Assembly (NCBI GenBank): GCA_043228905.1
Contig: JBHGNT010000021.1
Location: forward strand, 10,416,001-10,480,000
Direction of reading: 5' to 3'
DNA length: 64,000 bases
From: Azolla caroliniana
Lineage: Eukaryota > Plantae > Polypodiophyta
The translations under genes and the position numbers were made by a program. Under the pieces are notes generated by a model. It saw only the letters and a program-made list of their open reading frames with translations. It ran no database searches and was not told the origin of the DNA. Positions 1-11,800 of the stretch are shown here, one piece after another (position 1 is the stretch's first letter; every line of letters begins with the position of its first letter).

Positions 1-2450
1 ATGAAAGGATGCGCGGTAGAAGAAAAAGATGAGACTATGGATGATCGGGGATGCCGAAAGTTCGTGGTCGACCATATTCATGATTGCGAGAAAGTGTTGC
101 GAAAGCTAGAAGATGTGCACCTAACACTTTCCGGGGAGAAATCGGCATTCGGGCAAGAAGAAATATTGGTGGTCGGACATCTATGTGGGCCCTACGGCCG
201 AAGACCGTCACCAACAAAGATCGATGCGATTCAAGCTATGGAGGAAATATGCGAGTCAACATCCGAAGTCCGAAGGTTTCTCAGTGTATGTGGATTCTAT
301 CACATATGGATTCCGCACTATGCACATATAGCGGACCCGCTCTACCACTTGTTGCGAAAAGGTAAGAAATTCGAATAGAAACCGGAACACACCAAAGCCA
401 TGAAGAAATTGAAGAAGACACTTCGGAGGGCGGAAGCACTTAAGAAGCCGAACTACGACCGACTGATCATAGTAACGGTTGATACAAGTCCAACCGGTAT
501 CGGGTGGGTCATCAATCAAGCCGACTCGGATGGTTCGCGGTATCCGATCCGATTCGGAGCAAAGGTTCTCAACGAAAGGCAACGTGGCTATGCACAAGTC
601 AAAAGAGAACCATGGGGAGTCGTGTCGGCGATAAAATCGGATCGGGATTATTTGATCGGAGCCGAAGTGGTGATCGAGATGGATTGTCTTCCGATACTCG
701 GGATGATGCGGTGTTGCACGATACCGGATGTAGCTATGATAAGGTGGGTTCCATATGTCAAGTCGCTTAATCCGGAGGTTCGACACATCTCGGGGAAGGA
801 CAATGCGGTAGCGGATATGTTATCAAGGGCTCGGTTCGGAGATGACATGATAACCGAATCGGATAATGAAGAAGTTTCCGAAGACTACTTCGCGTCGGAG
901 CACATATGCCGAGTGAACGTAGTCCGAGAATTCCGGGAAGAAGAATACGAGGGAGAAAGCTTGATGATCGGAAAGATGTTACAAGAGGCCGAGGACTCAA
1001 CAAACGATAAAGGAAGAAGAGCCGAGATCCGAAGGAAGAAGAGGCAAGTCCAAAAGTTCTTCTTGGAAAACGGATTAATATGGAGGGCGCCGAAAAGACC
1101 GGATGGTATACCACTTCGAGTAGTTGGGACAAAAGAGCAACGAAACCGGATAATGTCCGAGTTTCACGAATCCGATTGGGCTGGACACCGAGGAACATGG
1201 GCAACATTTGTGAAGATCAAGCAAAAATATTGGTGGAAGAAAATGTACAAAGATGTCGCGGAGTTCACGGAAAGCTGCGAGAAATGTCAAGTCTACTCCG
1301 GGGTTCGACATCGAGATGAGTTACATCCGACATTCTCACCGACAATCAACTTCAAGTGGATGGTCGACATAGTGGCCATGCCGACCGGGATCGGACAAAA
1401 GAAATACTTGGTATTAGCTTGGGAGGATCTCACGAATCAAGTAGAAGGTCGAGCGCTTCAGAGGAAAACGTGTTCCGCGGTATGCCAATTTCTTTTGGAG
1501 GAAGTATTTTGTAGGTACGGATGCGTAGGGCAAGTGATTGCGGACCGGGGAGAACTTGACTCGGACAAAGCTAGGGGATTCTTCGCCAAACACGGAGTTC
1601 GGTTATCTCTGACAACGACATACAATCCGGAGGCCAACGGGAAAATCGAACGAGGACATAGTCTGATCGTGAAAGCACTTGCGAAGGCATGCGATGGAAA
1701 GGTGAAGGACTGGCCACAGATGCTTCTGTATGCACTATGGGCGGATCGGACGACACATAGCTCTGTAACCGGTTACATGCCGGCAGAACTCATGACCAGA
1801 CAAGCACCGGTAATGCCGACGGAAACCGCGATCGCAACATGGACAGTGCTACCGTGGAAGAACTACTAGCGGTCCGGATACGACAACTAGAGGGAAGACC
1901 CGCAGACATAGCGGAAGCAATACGCCAACAACAAGAAGCACGGTTCCGGAACAAAAGCCGGTTCGACACAAAGCACCGACTACGACCGAGGAGGATTGAA
2001 GAAGGAGATTGGGTGATCGTCTATGACAGTAGTTTGGACCATCAACATACAACAATGCAGAAATTCGCGAAAAGGTGGTTCAGGCCATACGAGGTTCGGA
2101 AAGTCTTCGACAACGGAACGTACCGACTATCCGAGTTGGATGGAACAATACTACGAGTGCCTATAGCCGGGAAGCGGGTGAAGATTTTCAAGAAGCGGAC
2201 CGACGACAAACCCTATGAGATCCAAGCCAAGGCCTACAACGAGGAGCAATCAGACGAAGACCACGGTGATGCGGGAAGCGAAGAAAGTGAATTACAACTC
2301 ATAGTCGACATTAGGGGAGAATCGGAGGAAGCTTTGGGTGAAGACGGATATGAGGAATCGAGAACTTCGGCACATACCGAAGGATGTGCGGGTTCGGAGG
2401 GGGCGAGTGTCGTAGTGTATTCCACACACTACGTGAAAACCATAAAATAA
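1..2450 (+). pseudogene. Ty3/Gypsy pol 3' part (RT end, RNase H, integrase, C-terminal GPY/F-like region), non-chromovirus type
   Basis: RT thumb (EVRRFLSVCGFY). RNase H (VDTSPTGIG, SGKDNAVADMLSR). Integrase HHCC (FHES..AGHRG..CEKCQ) and DDE core (VDIV, ADRG, NGKIERGH). In-frame TAG at 376-378, frameshift near 1860, no chromodomain. Confidence 0.93.
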
Positions 2451-3099
2451 TATATCAAAATATTTATCACATGCATAAAGCAAGATTCGAACCCTATGCC
2501 TCCACGTAGCCAAACCTCAACTTTACCATTATGCTACCTTATCTTTAGTGTCCTACAAATAGATTTAATAACTATAAGTGCTTTATTTGCGCCTACCTTT
2601 ATTAAAAGGTAAATCATGCATTTTTAGAGTGCGTGAATATTTTATAGAAAAACGCAAGCAACTAAAAAGTGACTCATGCACATCTAGCGTGCATGAGCAC
2701 TATATTTAGCAAATAAAAGGAAGGATTAGAAAAGCATCACATGCACATTTAGTGTGCATGAACATATTAGAAAAAAGCATGTAGGTATGCTTAGTCTCTC
2801 CCATCACTATATAAGGATGGGGAGCACATTGTAGTTTTTTTGTTGATTTTTTTTTTTTTCCTATAATGATCAATCAATCTAAAATATTCGTGGGATTCAC
2901 GAATTTGCTAAAATAATTCTCTCTTACTACCTAAATATTGACTAAATATACTAAACTCGTAGGATTCACAAGATTCTTATTTTATAACTCTTTATACCTA
3001 TTCTTTACTAGCCTTATTTGTATTTTTCTTCCTCCTAGTCCAAAACCTCGGCGGTTCCCACCCGACTCACGCAACGATCCGGAGCCGAAAGGCACGACA
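2408..3099 (+). mobile_element. 3' LTR of the Gypsy element
   Basis: Purine tract GGAGGGGGCGAG at 2396-2407, followed directly by TGTCGT; ends ACGACA at 3099 (terminal inverted repeat). Copia sequence starts right after. Confidence 0.85.
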
Positions 3100-3259
3100 A
3101 CGTGATTATCTAGCCTTCTTCCTCGATGAAGCACCGGAGGTGCGTAAACCGCACATGCATCCCCTGGTCGACAATCTGCCCGACCGACACCAGGTTTTTT
3201 GTGATTGTCAGGACGTGACACAACTTCGTAAGTTTCCTATTTTGTCTGACATGACTCAA

Positions 3260-6200
3260 AACACGTTTGCGTTCACAAGTGGAAGGATCGCGCATTCCAC
3301 TTATACATTCCTTTTATAATCTTGCGATTTTAGGCGATTTTTAGAAACGTGATACACCAGTATCACATGTTTTAAATAGCATGTAAAATTTGTTAATTTT
3401 TTGAGATTTAAAAAGTTTCAAAATGATAATTTTTAAAATTGAATAGTTTTTCAATAAATGCTTAAACATTGATGGTTTGAAAATATGAAATGTAGTTAAC
3501 TTAAAGAAAATAGTAATGGTTAACTTAACACACAAGTTAAGATTAATGGTTTCACCATCTTGAGAAGATGTAGGTTCTAGAAGTGGAAGTTACATCTATT
3601 GTTAGACTTGAAAATGTTTTAAGTATAAGAGGTAACATTGTAATCCTTAATGCCATCATCTATAAATTTAGTGCTCATTAACATCCATAAATTCACAACT
3701 CAAGAAATTTATACAATATTCATAAACAATTTTGATAAATCCATAACTCCTAAACTGTAGATGATATTCATAAACTGTCAAAACTGCCAAACTTAGATTT
3801 AAACATTAATATATCAATTTGAACATATCACATACTTATCAAGGTATCCACAATGCTCTCCTCTTCTTCATTTTGAGAGCTCCCCTACAAAATTTGTGAA
3901 GTAAATGACATTTTCAAGATTCAATTACCATCAACAGAATTATTAATGGTCTTTTGTTAATAAAGGAAGCACATGTTCATCGTAAGGTATCTTGTTGTGC
4001 AACATAATTCTTTACAACATTGATATGCATCTTTTACTCTTGTCAAAACATATATTTTAGTACAATTCGAGTTCATGTAAACCCTAAACCTCTTTTTTTT
4101 GACAAAAAAAAGATTTTTAAACATGAACTCCATACATTATATTGAGTTAATGTAAAAAACAAAGTTTTCATCACAATTCCATACAATGTATCAAATTTAT
4201 GTTCAAAGTTTTTTTTCCCGAATTAAAATAAACAAATAATAAATCAATCAATCAATCAAACTTGATTTGATGAAAAAACCAGATTTTTCACCACAATTTA
4301 GTAAAATGTACCTAGTTTATGTTTAAAATAAAAAATTTCAATTATGTTTCTATTTTTTTCAATTTGTTTTGAATTTTTTTGAATTTTTATTTTATTTTAT
4401 TTATTTATTTAGTTTTTGGGAAAAAAAAACATTAAACATGAATTCGATACATTGTATTGACTTGTGATGAAAACTCTCGTTTTTTCAACTTTTTTTTTTT
4501 AAATAACCAAAAGGACCCAAAATAAATAGAAAAAAACCAAATTTGCTATTTTTAAAACCCCCCAAAAAAACCTTTAAACATGAACTCGATACATTGTATC
4601 AAATTCATGTGAAAAAGTTAGTGTTTCGACACGAACTCGATACAATGTATCGAGTTGGTCTTGAAAAATTTGTTTTTCAACACGAACTCGATACATTGTA
4701 TCAAGTTCGTGTCGAAAAGTTGACTTTTCAACATGAATTTGATACGGCGTATCGAGTTTGTGTTTAAATGTTTTAAACACAAACGATACATTGTATCGAG
4801 TTCATGTCAAAAAACCAAGTTTCTCAACACGAACTCGATACGGCGTATTGAGTTCGTGTTTAAAAACAGAGTTTTGAACGCGAACTCGATACAATGTACC
4901 GAGTTCATGTTTAAAGTTTTTATTATTTTTTCTATCTATTTTGGGTCTTTCTTTTTTTTAATTGTTTTTGAAGTGATGAAAAAACTAGAGTTTTCATCAC
5001 AAGTCGATACAATGTATCGAATTCATGTTAATTTTTTTTTTCCCAAAAAACATTTTTAAATAAATAAATAAATATCAAAAAAATTTGAAAAAATTTGAAA
5101 AAATTACTTTAAACATGAACTCTATACATTGTATTGAATTGTGGTGAAAAAACTAGTTTTTTTCATCAAGTCAAGCTCAATTGTTTTATTTTTTTATTTT
5201 CTTAAATTCGAGAAAAAAACTTTGAACATGAATTTGATATATTGTATATAATTGTGATAAAAAGTTTGTTTTTTACATCAACTTAATATAATGTATGGAG
5301 TTCATGTTTAGAAATCATCTTTTCTTTCAAATAAAAGAGGTTTAGGGTTTACATGAACTCAAATTGTACTAAAATCTCTGTTTTTACAAGAGAAAAAGAT
5401 GCATATCGGTACTGCAAAGAAGTATGTTGCACAACAAGACACCTTATGGTGAACATGTGCTTCATTGATTAACAAAAAACCATTAAGAATTGTGTTGATG
5501 GTAATTGAACCTTGCAAATGCCATTTACGTGTGGTGTATAAAATATTCTCGTGGTTCTTAATCACCACGTCAAGCACTTAATGTTGATCTTCATAGTTTG
5601 GTTCATCTACAACAGAGAAACATTTATGTGGAACTAAGGATGACAACATGAGCATAACTCAGGTGACAAGGAAACTTGGAAGAACTCAAGGTGGGGATAT
5701 TAATAGCTACACATGTAGATGATCATCAAGTAGGGCACCAATTCTGCATTGGTAAAGTTTTGGACATGGTGATGGATTAAACTTCTGTAATACATCTATA
5801 ATTGACATTAGTGAGGTGGATATCATTGTGTATGACTTTACACTGACTAAAGTTGGATGTTTAAGGACGAGAACGATAGACATAATAGAAAAGATATTAC
5901 CAAGACTAGAAGATATCTCAAATTGAAAGCGAACAAGATTTAGTGCACACAATTTGAAGACACCATTTAGTGAAGACAATGATTTGATTGGTACATTTGA
6001 AAATGAGGAGGAAGAGTCACAATTGTATATTAGCTATAGTAGTGATTCTTAGGAAAGGAATAATGATAGTGATGCAAATAACTCTTAAATGTATTTTTTG
6101 TGCAATGATATGTAAGAAATTTAGACAATATTTTATCGAATGAAATAAAAAAGTTGATTTTTTTGAAATCTTTTGCTTATGATTTTGTTAGGATCTAAAA

Positions 6201-6443
6201 TACTACTAGTTATAATTTCTTCTTAAAAATACACAAAGTTACTTTTCGTATTTGGCCCAAATTTGGCATTTTTCAAATTTACCAAATGGTGAAAATTTTA
6301 GCTTTTTCATCAAGTTTTTGAGAACATGTGATACTAGTATCAAGGTGATTTGTGAAATGGCAAAAAAAGCCCCAAAATCAAACGTAATATTCCTTATCCT
6401 TCCATTTGTGCGCAATCCTTCCACTTGTGAACGTGAACGTGTT
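3260..6443. mobile_element. Non-autonomous TIR DNA transposon (deletion derivative of the Sola2-like family), inverted relative to the large copy
   Basis: 35-bp TIRs at 3260-3294 and 6409-6443 (32/35 match). 4-bp TSD TCAA at 3256-3259 and 6444-6447. Removing it rejoins the Copia frame (EVPL|SHVRQ). 3260-4010 matches the reverse complement of ~47500-48185; ~5580-6443 matches the reverse complement of 23907-~24650. Confidence 0.92.
3900..5530. repeat. Foldback region: long imperfect inverted arms around an array of ~35-bp palindromes
   Basis: Unit AACATGAACTCGATACA(A/T)TGTATCGAGTTCATGTT occurs about 7 times at ~51-bp spacing in 4575-4915, with further copies in the arms. Arms ~3900-4560 and ~4920-5530 are reverse complements (e.g. 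GTAAACCCTAAACCTC / GAGGTTTAGGGTTTAC). Confidence 0.88.
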
Positions 6444-8134
6444 TCAAGGGAACTTCTCTAACATGCACGATCGGCTGAGGAGTGTCATCTCCGGTTTGAA
6501 CAACTCCCGGTTACTCCGACTTTTCCAAATACGAGAACCACTCTTCGTGGATCTTCATGTGATTAGATGCTTCGGAGTCAATGTACCACACTTCCTCTAA
6601 TCCAGAAGTGGTCTTCTTCATCGAGTTTGCCTTTTGCTTCATCACAAAAATTGGCCCTTTCCCGGTCTTACCGGTTCCGAATCCTTCCAATCCTTCGGCG
6701 TAGTGCGAGCTTTGTCGGTTCCCTTGTCCGGCCTTGCCAGATCCAGATTTATCCAAATCGGCGCGCTTCTTCCAACACTCGCTCTCTCGGTGGCCCTTCT
6801 TGCCACAATACCTGCATTCCGTATCGGCTTTCGATTGCCGGTTTCCGGTGCCGTCTTGACTCCCCCTCCTTGTGGAGGGTCCGAAACTACTGTCGGCACT
6901 ATCTTCGTGCCTCCGATTCTACTCTTGTTGGGCGCTACTATTGTGTGCCCACCCGCCTCGTCCTCCACGCCCACGAGGCCGATCCACCTCCGTGTACAAC
7001 ATCCAGATGTCTGATTGATTGGTCCTCAAACCCCTCACGTGGTTTTCTTCGACCATTAGCATCGATTGTAGGTCGAAGAAGGATGGTGGCTTCTCTCAGG
7101 TCCAAATTGCCGTTAGGATTGGCCCGTACCGGTGTGCTAGACCACTGAGGTAGATCTGGACCATCTCGTCCTTGTCCACTGTCACTTTGATGGACCCGAA
7201 CATGTCACACATCTCCTTGATCTTGGTGGTGTAGTCGGTGACCGACATGTCCCTTTGCCAGATACTATTGCGCTCTTGCCGGAGCTACAACCTGCGAGCC
7301 GTGGTAGTTGCGGCGAAAATCTTCTAGAGATTTTCCCAAGCCTCCTTTGGTGACTTTGCATCTCTGATAGAGCCAAGCATTTGGTCGTGCACACAGAACA
7401 CGAGGCAGTACAACACCCTACTTGCTCCTTGCTCCCAAACCGGGAAGTCCTTGTGTGACGAATCCGACGGTACTTCATTTTCTCCTTCCACGTAGCTCCA
7501 GTATCCATGCCCCAGCAGGTATTGGTGCATTTTATATGACCAAGATGCATAGTTGCTCCGGTAGAGCTTTTCTGTAGGAAGCAAGCTCGCCATGATTCTG
7601 TCCATACTTTCGGTCTGTTCTTTGACCGGTGGTTAGGGTTTGTCTTCAGAACAAACAAACAAAACGCTTGTTGGCAGTAGAGGTTCTCAACCCTCGCGCT
7701 CCGATACCATGTAAATGTTAATATGCGGAAGCTTTGACAAAACCGGTTCCGCCGAATAGCAATAGAGTATAGACACAGGTTTAATGTAAACCTTACAAAA
7801 CACATACAAAGAGAGCAGAATAGTGAAACTCCATTCAAAATAATAACACTCTGTGTATACAAACGTCCTACATAGCACTTTTTATACAAGTCCTTAAAAG
7901 GATTGACAAGTACTTAGTGACTGACACTAACTCCCAAAAATATGCCTACGTACTAGGGTAGATTCGTAGTCGTTTAACGACCTACCTATTACTACTCGAT
8001 CTAGCTCTTGGTTCCGGATACCATCCGAACACAGATCCGGTTCTTCGTTCCGGACTCTCATCCTGGTCTGGCTTATTCAGCCAATCTGGATCCGGTTGAG
8101 CTTGTCCGCTCAACAAATATATTACTTTCCTTTC

Positions 8135-8136
<2 letters not shown>

Positions 8137-8184
<48 letters not shown>
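8137..8184. repeat. (CT)n microsatellite
   Basis: Direct observation. Confidence 0.95.
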
Positions 8185-8187
<3 letters not shown>

Positions 8188-8194
8188 TCTTGAC

Positions 8195-8803
8195 AATATG
8201 ATGGTCTACTTTGATTCTTCCCAAAAAGAAGAGGGTTTTAGGATTGATTGACCTTGGATTGCAGAGTCAATCATTGCTATGCAAGGTATTGTTAGAGGTT
8301 GCGGTTTGGAAATGAACTATGGAAAACGTTGATTCATAATAGGAGCATCCTCTGGAGTTCAAAACATGGTGGGCATTGGAACGCACATAAATCATCACTA
8401 TTTTGTATGGACTTAAAACTTAGGAAATCTAATCAGTTGGTTGATCGCACATGTATACTAGTGATGAAGGTGTGGATTATGCTTTGTGGGCATCTAAGTC
8501 GAATTGGTTCAAGTACTAATGCTGAATGGATGCACCAACCCCTATTGTGGAACGATGCCTTAAAGTTTACGGAGGGAAATATGTTTGGACAAAGCAAGGG
8601 TATGCCATGAGCTAGATTGTATTCTATAGGGATTCATTCAGTGGAAGATTGGATGCGGTTGTTTGCCGGTAATCATGATGAATTATATAAAGACTTGGGA
8701 AAGTTTAGGAACGACAAGAAGATGCTTGACCTGATGAATACAACAATACACTCTGTTCCTATTAGTAATGGGGAGAGTGAATGGTCCAGGACAATGTGAT
8801 GAA
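8195..8803 (+). mobile_element. L1-type LINE ORF2 fragment (left half, split by a Gypsy insertion)
   Basis: Degenerate post-RT region (LPKRRG(F)GLIDL..QSQSLLCK, QPLLWN). Continues at 16504 after the Gypsy TSD. Confidence 0.7.
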
Positions 8804-11800
8804 TGTTACTACTTGGGGCAGGACTAGCCCTAACACAGGGTGTCCCTCTAAGACACTTCACCAAAGGGTGGTACAAGTGGGGTAGGCGTAGACCGTGACA
8901 CAAAGGTATTCCTAACCGGCTACTAATCGGCATGGTTAAGGATCGTAATACACACGCAAGATAGATTCTATTAAGCATAGAATGGTAATTAACTAAAGCT
9001 TCAAAGATTAAACAAGATGTAGAACAACAACACTTTCATTAATAAACTGCTATCTGATTACAATCTAACCAGGTCCTTTTATAGGTCACCGGCTCTAGGT
9101 TACAAACCGGTGCCAATCAGCAACTGGCCACGAACCGGTTCGGATCCGGATCAGCATACCGATTCTGGGTCCGTCCGTTCGCTTCTCAAAATATAAAAAT
9201 TATAGATAACAACTCCTAGTTCTAAAATAATTATCCCTTTCCCATTGTGGACTTTATCCGGCTTTTAAGTCTTTGCTGGTCAACACATGGCACGCCCATG
9301 GGACAGTACCTTGTACGTCGAATCCCACGGTTCGCCCTTCAATCTTCCTCCAAAATGTCTAGAATGCTCTGGTCCAAGGGTTCTAAATGCTCATCAGGTA
9401 GCTGCTACGTCGTTTGTTGTTGTTGTTGCTGCTCTAGTCTCTCCGGTTCCACTGGTCTCGAGGATTCCGGTTCCGGTTCTGTTGTTTGGGCTCCTCCTGC
9501 TCCTGGTGCTACGGTCTCTCCGGTTCCACTGGTCTTGAGGCTTCCGGTTCTGGTTCTATTGGTTTGGGCTCCTCCTGCTCCTGGTGCTATGGTCTCTCCG
9601 GTTCCACTGGTCTTGAGGCTTCCGGTTCTGGTTCTGTTGGTTTGGGCTCCTCTTGTAGATGGTTTCCGGTGTGTAGGTTTTCATCCTTCGGCTGCTCCTC
9701 TATAGTTTTGTTCAACTCGCTTGCCCCAGTTCCGGCTTCGTTCGGCGCCTGCTCCGAAGACTACTCTTCGTCACTGATATTGATCGCCGCAGTTCTTCTA
9801 GCCACCTCTTGCCATCGCCGTTCTCATTCATACCGCTCGAACTGGAGTTGTGTATCCAGCTGGTCGTCATCGAGTTGTTCCACCAATCGCCTCACCGCTG
9901 CCAATTGTTTCCTGGCTAACGATAGGAAGTCATCCGACAATTCCTCCCTTATGGCTACAATTCCGCGTCCAGTTTATAGAAATTGTCGCCATCCTTCCTC
10001 CGATTCTCCGCATCTGCTCTTAGCAATTATAACTCCGCTGCCTGTTTAGCCCATTTAGACCACCATTGAACCGAACTTTCTTCCACTAGTCTCTTCGTCC
10101 GGTTTCTCCATGTCAGCATTAGATCACGGATTCGCCCCAGCCCCATCTTCAACTTATTCTCTGCGGCCTGTTTTTCATCTTTCAATTGTTTGATAAGGCA
10201 CGTGGTTGCCGCTTCTTGGCTTTTGTAGTGCATGAACTGTGTCTGATAGGTAGTTTGAACTTTGTTCAGAGCCATTGTAGCGCGTTCCTTTTCCTCATAG
10301 TGTTGCCGGGTCAGATCCATCCGTTCTTTTGCCGCTTCCGCCAGTCTTTTCGCTACTTCAGCCACCTTCGATTGTTCCTCCGCCAGGGCCATCGTTGTCC
10401 GGTTAACCTCATCTCGAAGTTCCCGTAATTTCTCCTACTGCCGGTCGCTTTCGGTCATCAATTTCTTGTGTTCTACATCCAAGTGTTTGTGATCCCGGTG
10501 CAGCCGATCAAAGTCGTCCGTTTTTTGTTTCAGCCTTTGATTGATCAGACAGCGAGCACGGTCTTCCCGGTCTCTTTGTTGTCGGAGCTCTTCCTTGAGT
10601 CGCTCGATCTCTACTTCCACCGAGCGCCAGAGTTTGTCCTTTTCCTGCAGGATTTTTTCTTTTTCTTCCTTCAATCGGTCATATGCTTGATAACCTTTCC
10701 GCAGGCTTTCTTTGGCTCGTCGGAGGCTTTTGGCTAATTTCTTTTGTTCTTCCATTCACGTTCTCTAGCCCTTAAGGCTTCTTGGGCTTCCATTTTTTCT
10801 TTCAGCGTGGCGAGTTCTTGTTCTTGTGCCTTATTCGTATCCAGGAGTGTTCGAGTCACCAGGGTCTTATTATTCTGAACACTCACCGGTGCCACCGGTT
10901 CTAATTGATTTAGTCCTTCGATGATCAGCTTAGCCACCTCTTCTCTGGTCCTTTCCATTTCTTGTTCCATGCTCTGGATTCTCGACCGGGCCTTCTCTAG
11001 TTCTTCAGTTGTGGCGAGCAACCTGTCCACGTGTGCTCTTTCTTCTGCTTCTATGTGGCACACCACCCCGACCCCTTGTTCTCCTATCCACCGAAGCCAT
11101 TGGCTGCCAGTGCTTTGTTGTCATGCCGGTTCGAGTCGTGGTGTGGCTTTCTCACATGCCCGGAACCTATTCTGGGTAGTTAGCGGCAGTTCCTGTTCTT
11201 GCTGTTGCTGATGCGTCGGCGACACCGGCAATTCAATCACCGGTTTTGAACATCCGGTTCTGTTATTTCTTGTCGCACAGGTGCTTCTAACACCGGATCT
11301 GGTTGTACCGATTCTAACTCCTTCCTTGTCTACGGCTCCTCGAGGCGGGGCTTTGGTATACTGTCCTTTACCGGACTTGATTCCTCCCCTTTGTGGCCCT
11401 CGTCGCGTGTCTGTTTGCAACGTAATAGGTGCTCCACAGGTTCTTCTTCCTGCTCCTCTTCTAGGGTTCTACTATTGATTAACACCGCCAAGGGGTCTTG
11501 CTCCTGTTGTTGTTCCGATTGTTGTTCCGGTCGACGTAGCTTAATTTTTAAGGGTCTCACTGGTGTCTCCGTCTTTGTCATACGCTTCCGACTATGTTGC
11601 TCCTTCGCCTTCTATGAGGAGCCGGACGCTTTCCATCTAATCACTTGTTTAGCCAGGAGTTGCTGCCTTTTTGAAGATTCGTTGGGGGTTGATTCAATTG
11701 GTCTCCCCCTCCCCCGCTTCTTCGGCTGTATCAGCTCTACCGGCGGCGCTAAAAGAGTGAACTCGAATTCCTGTAGTAGCAATGTCCACTGGGCCAGCTT

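Larger units (their letters stand above)
3100..8115 (-). mobile_element. Degenerate Ty1/Copia element (5' LTR, PBS, gag, protease), interrupted by a DNA transposon at 3260-6443 and by the Gypsy at its left
   Basis: LTR 7710-8115 (TGTTGAG...TTTACA on minus). PBS-Met TGGTATCGGAGC at 7698-7709. gag start (NYASWSYKMHQYLLGHGYWSYVEG, 7324-7605), protease WYIDSEASNHM (~6560-6600), and KNLVSVGQIVDQG (3110-3255). Confidence 0.88.

Noticed and set aside
4543-5059. Repetitive ORFs (HELDTLY...) and a CRISPR-like repeat/spacer look
   Set aside because: The ORFs are by-products of palindromic DNA on both strands. The spacers are short, similar and AT-rich, there are no cas genes, and the context is eukaryotic.
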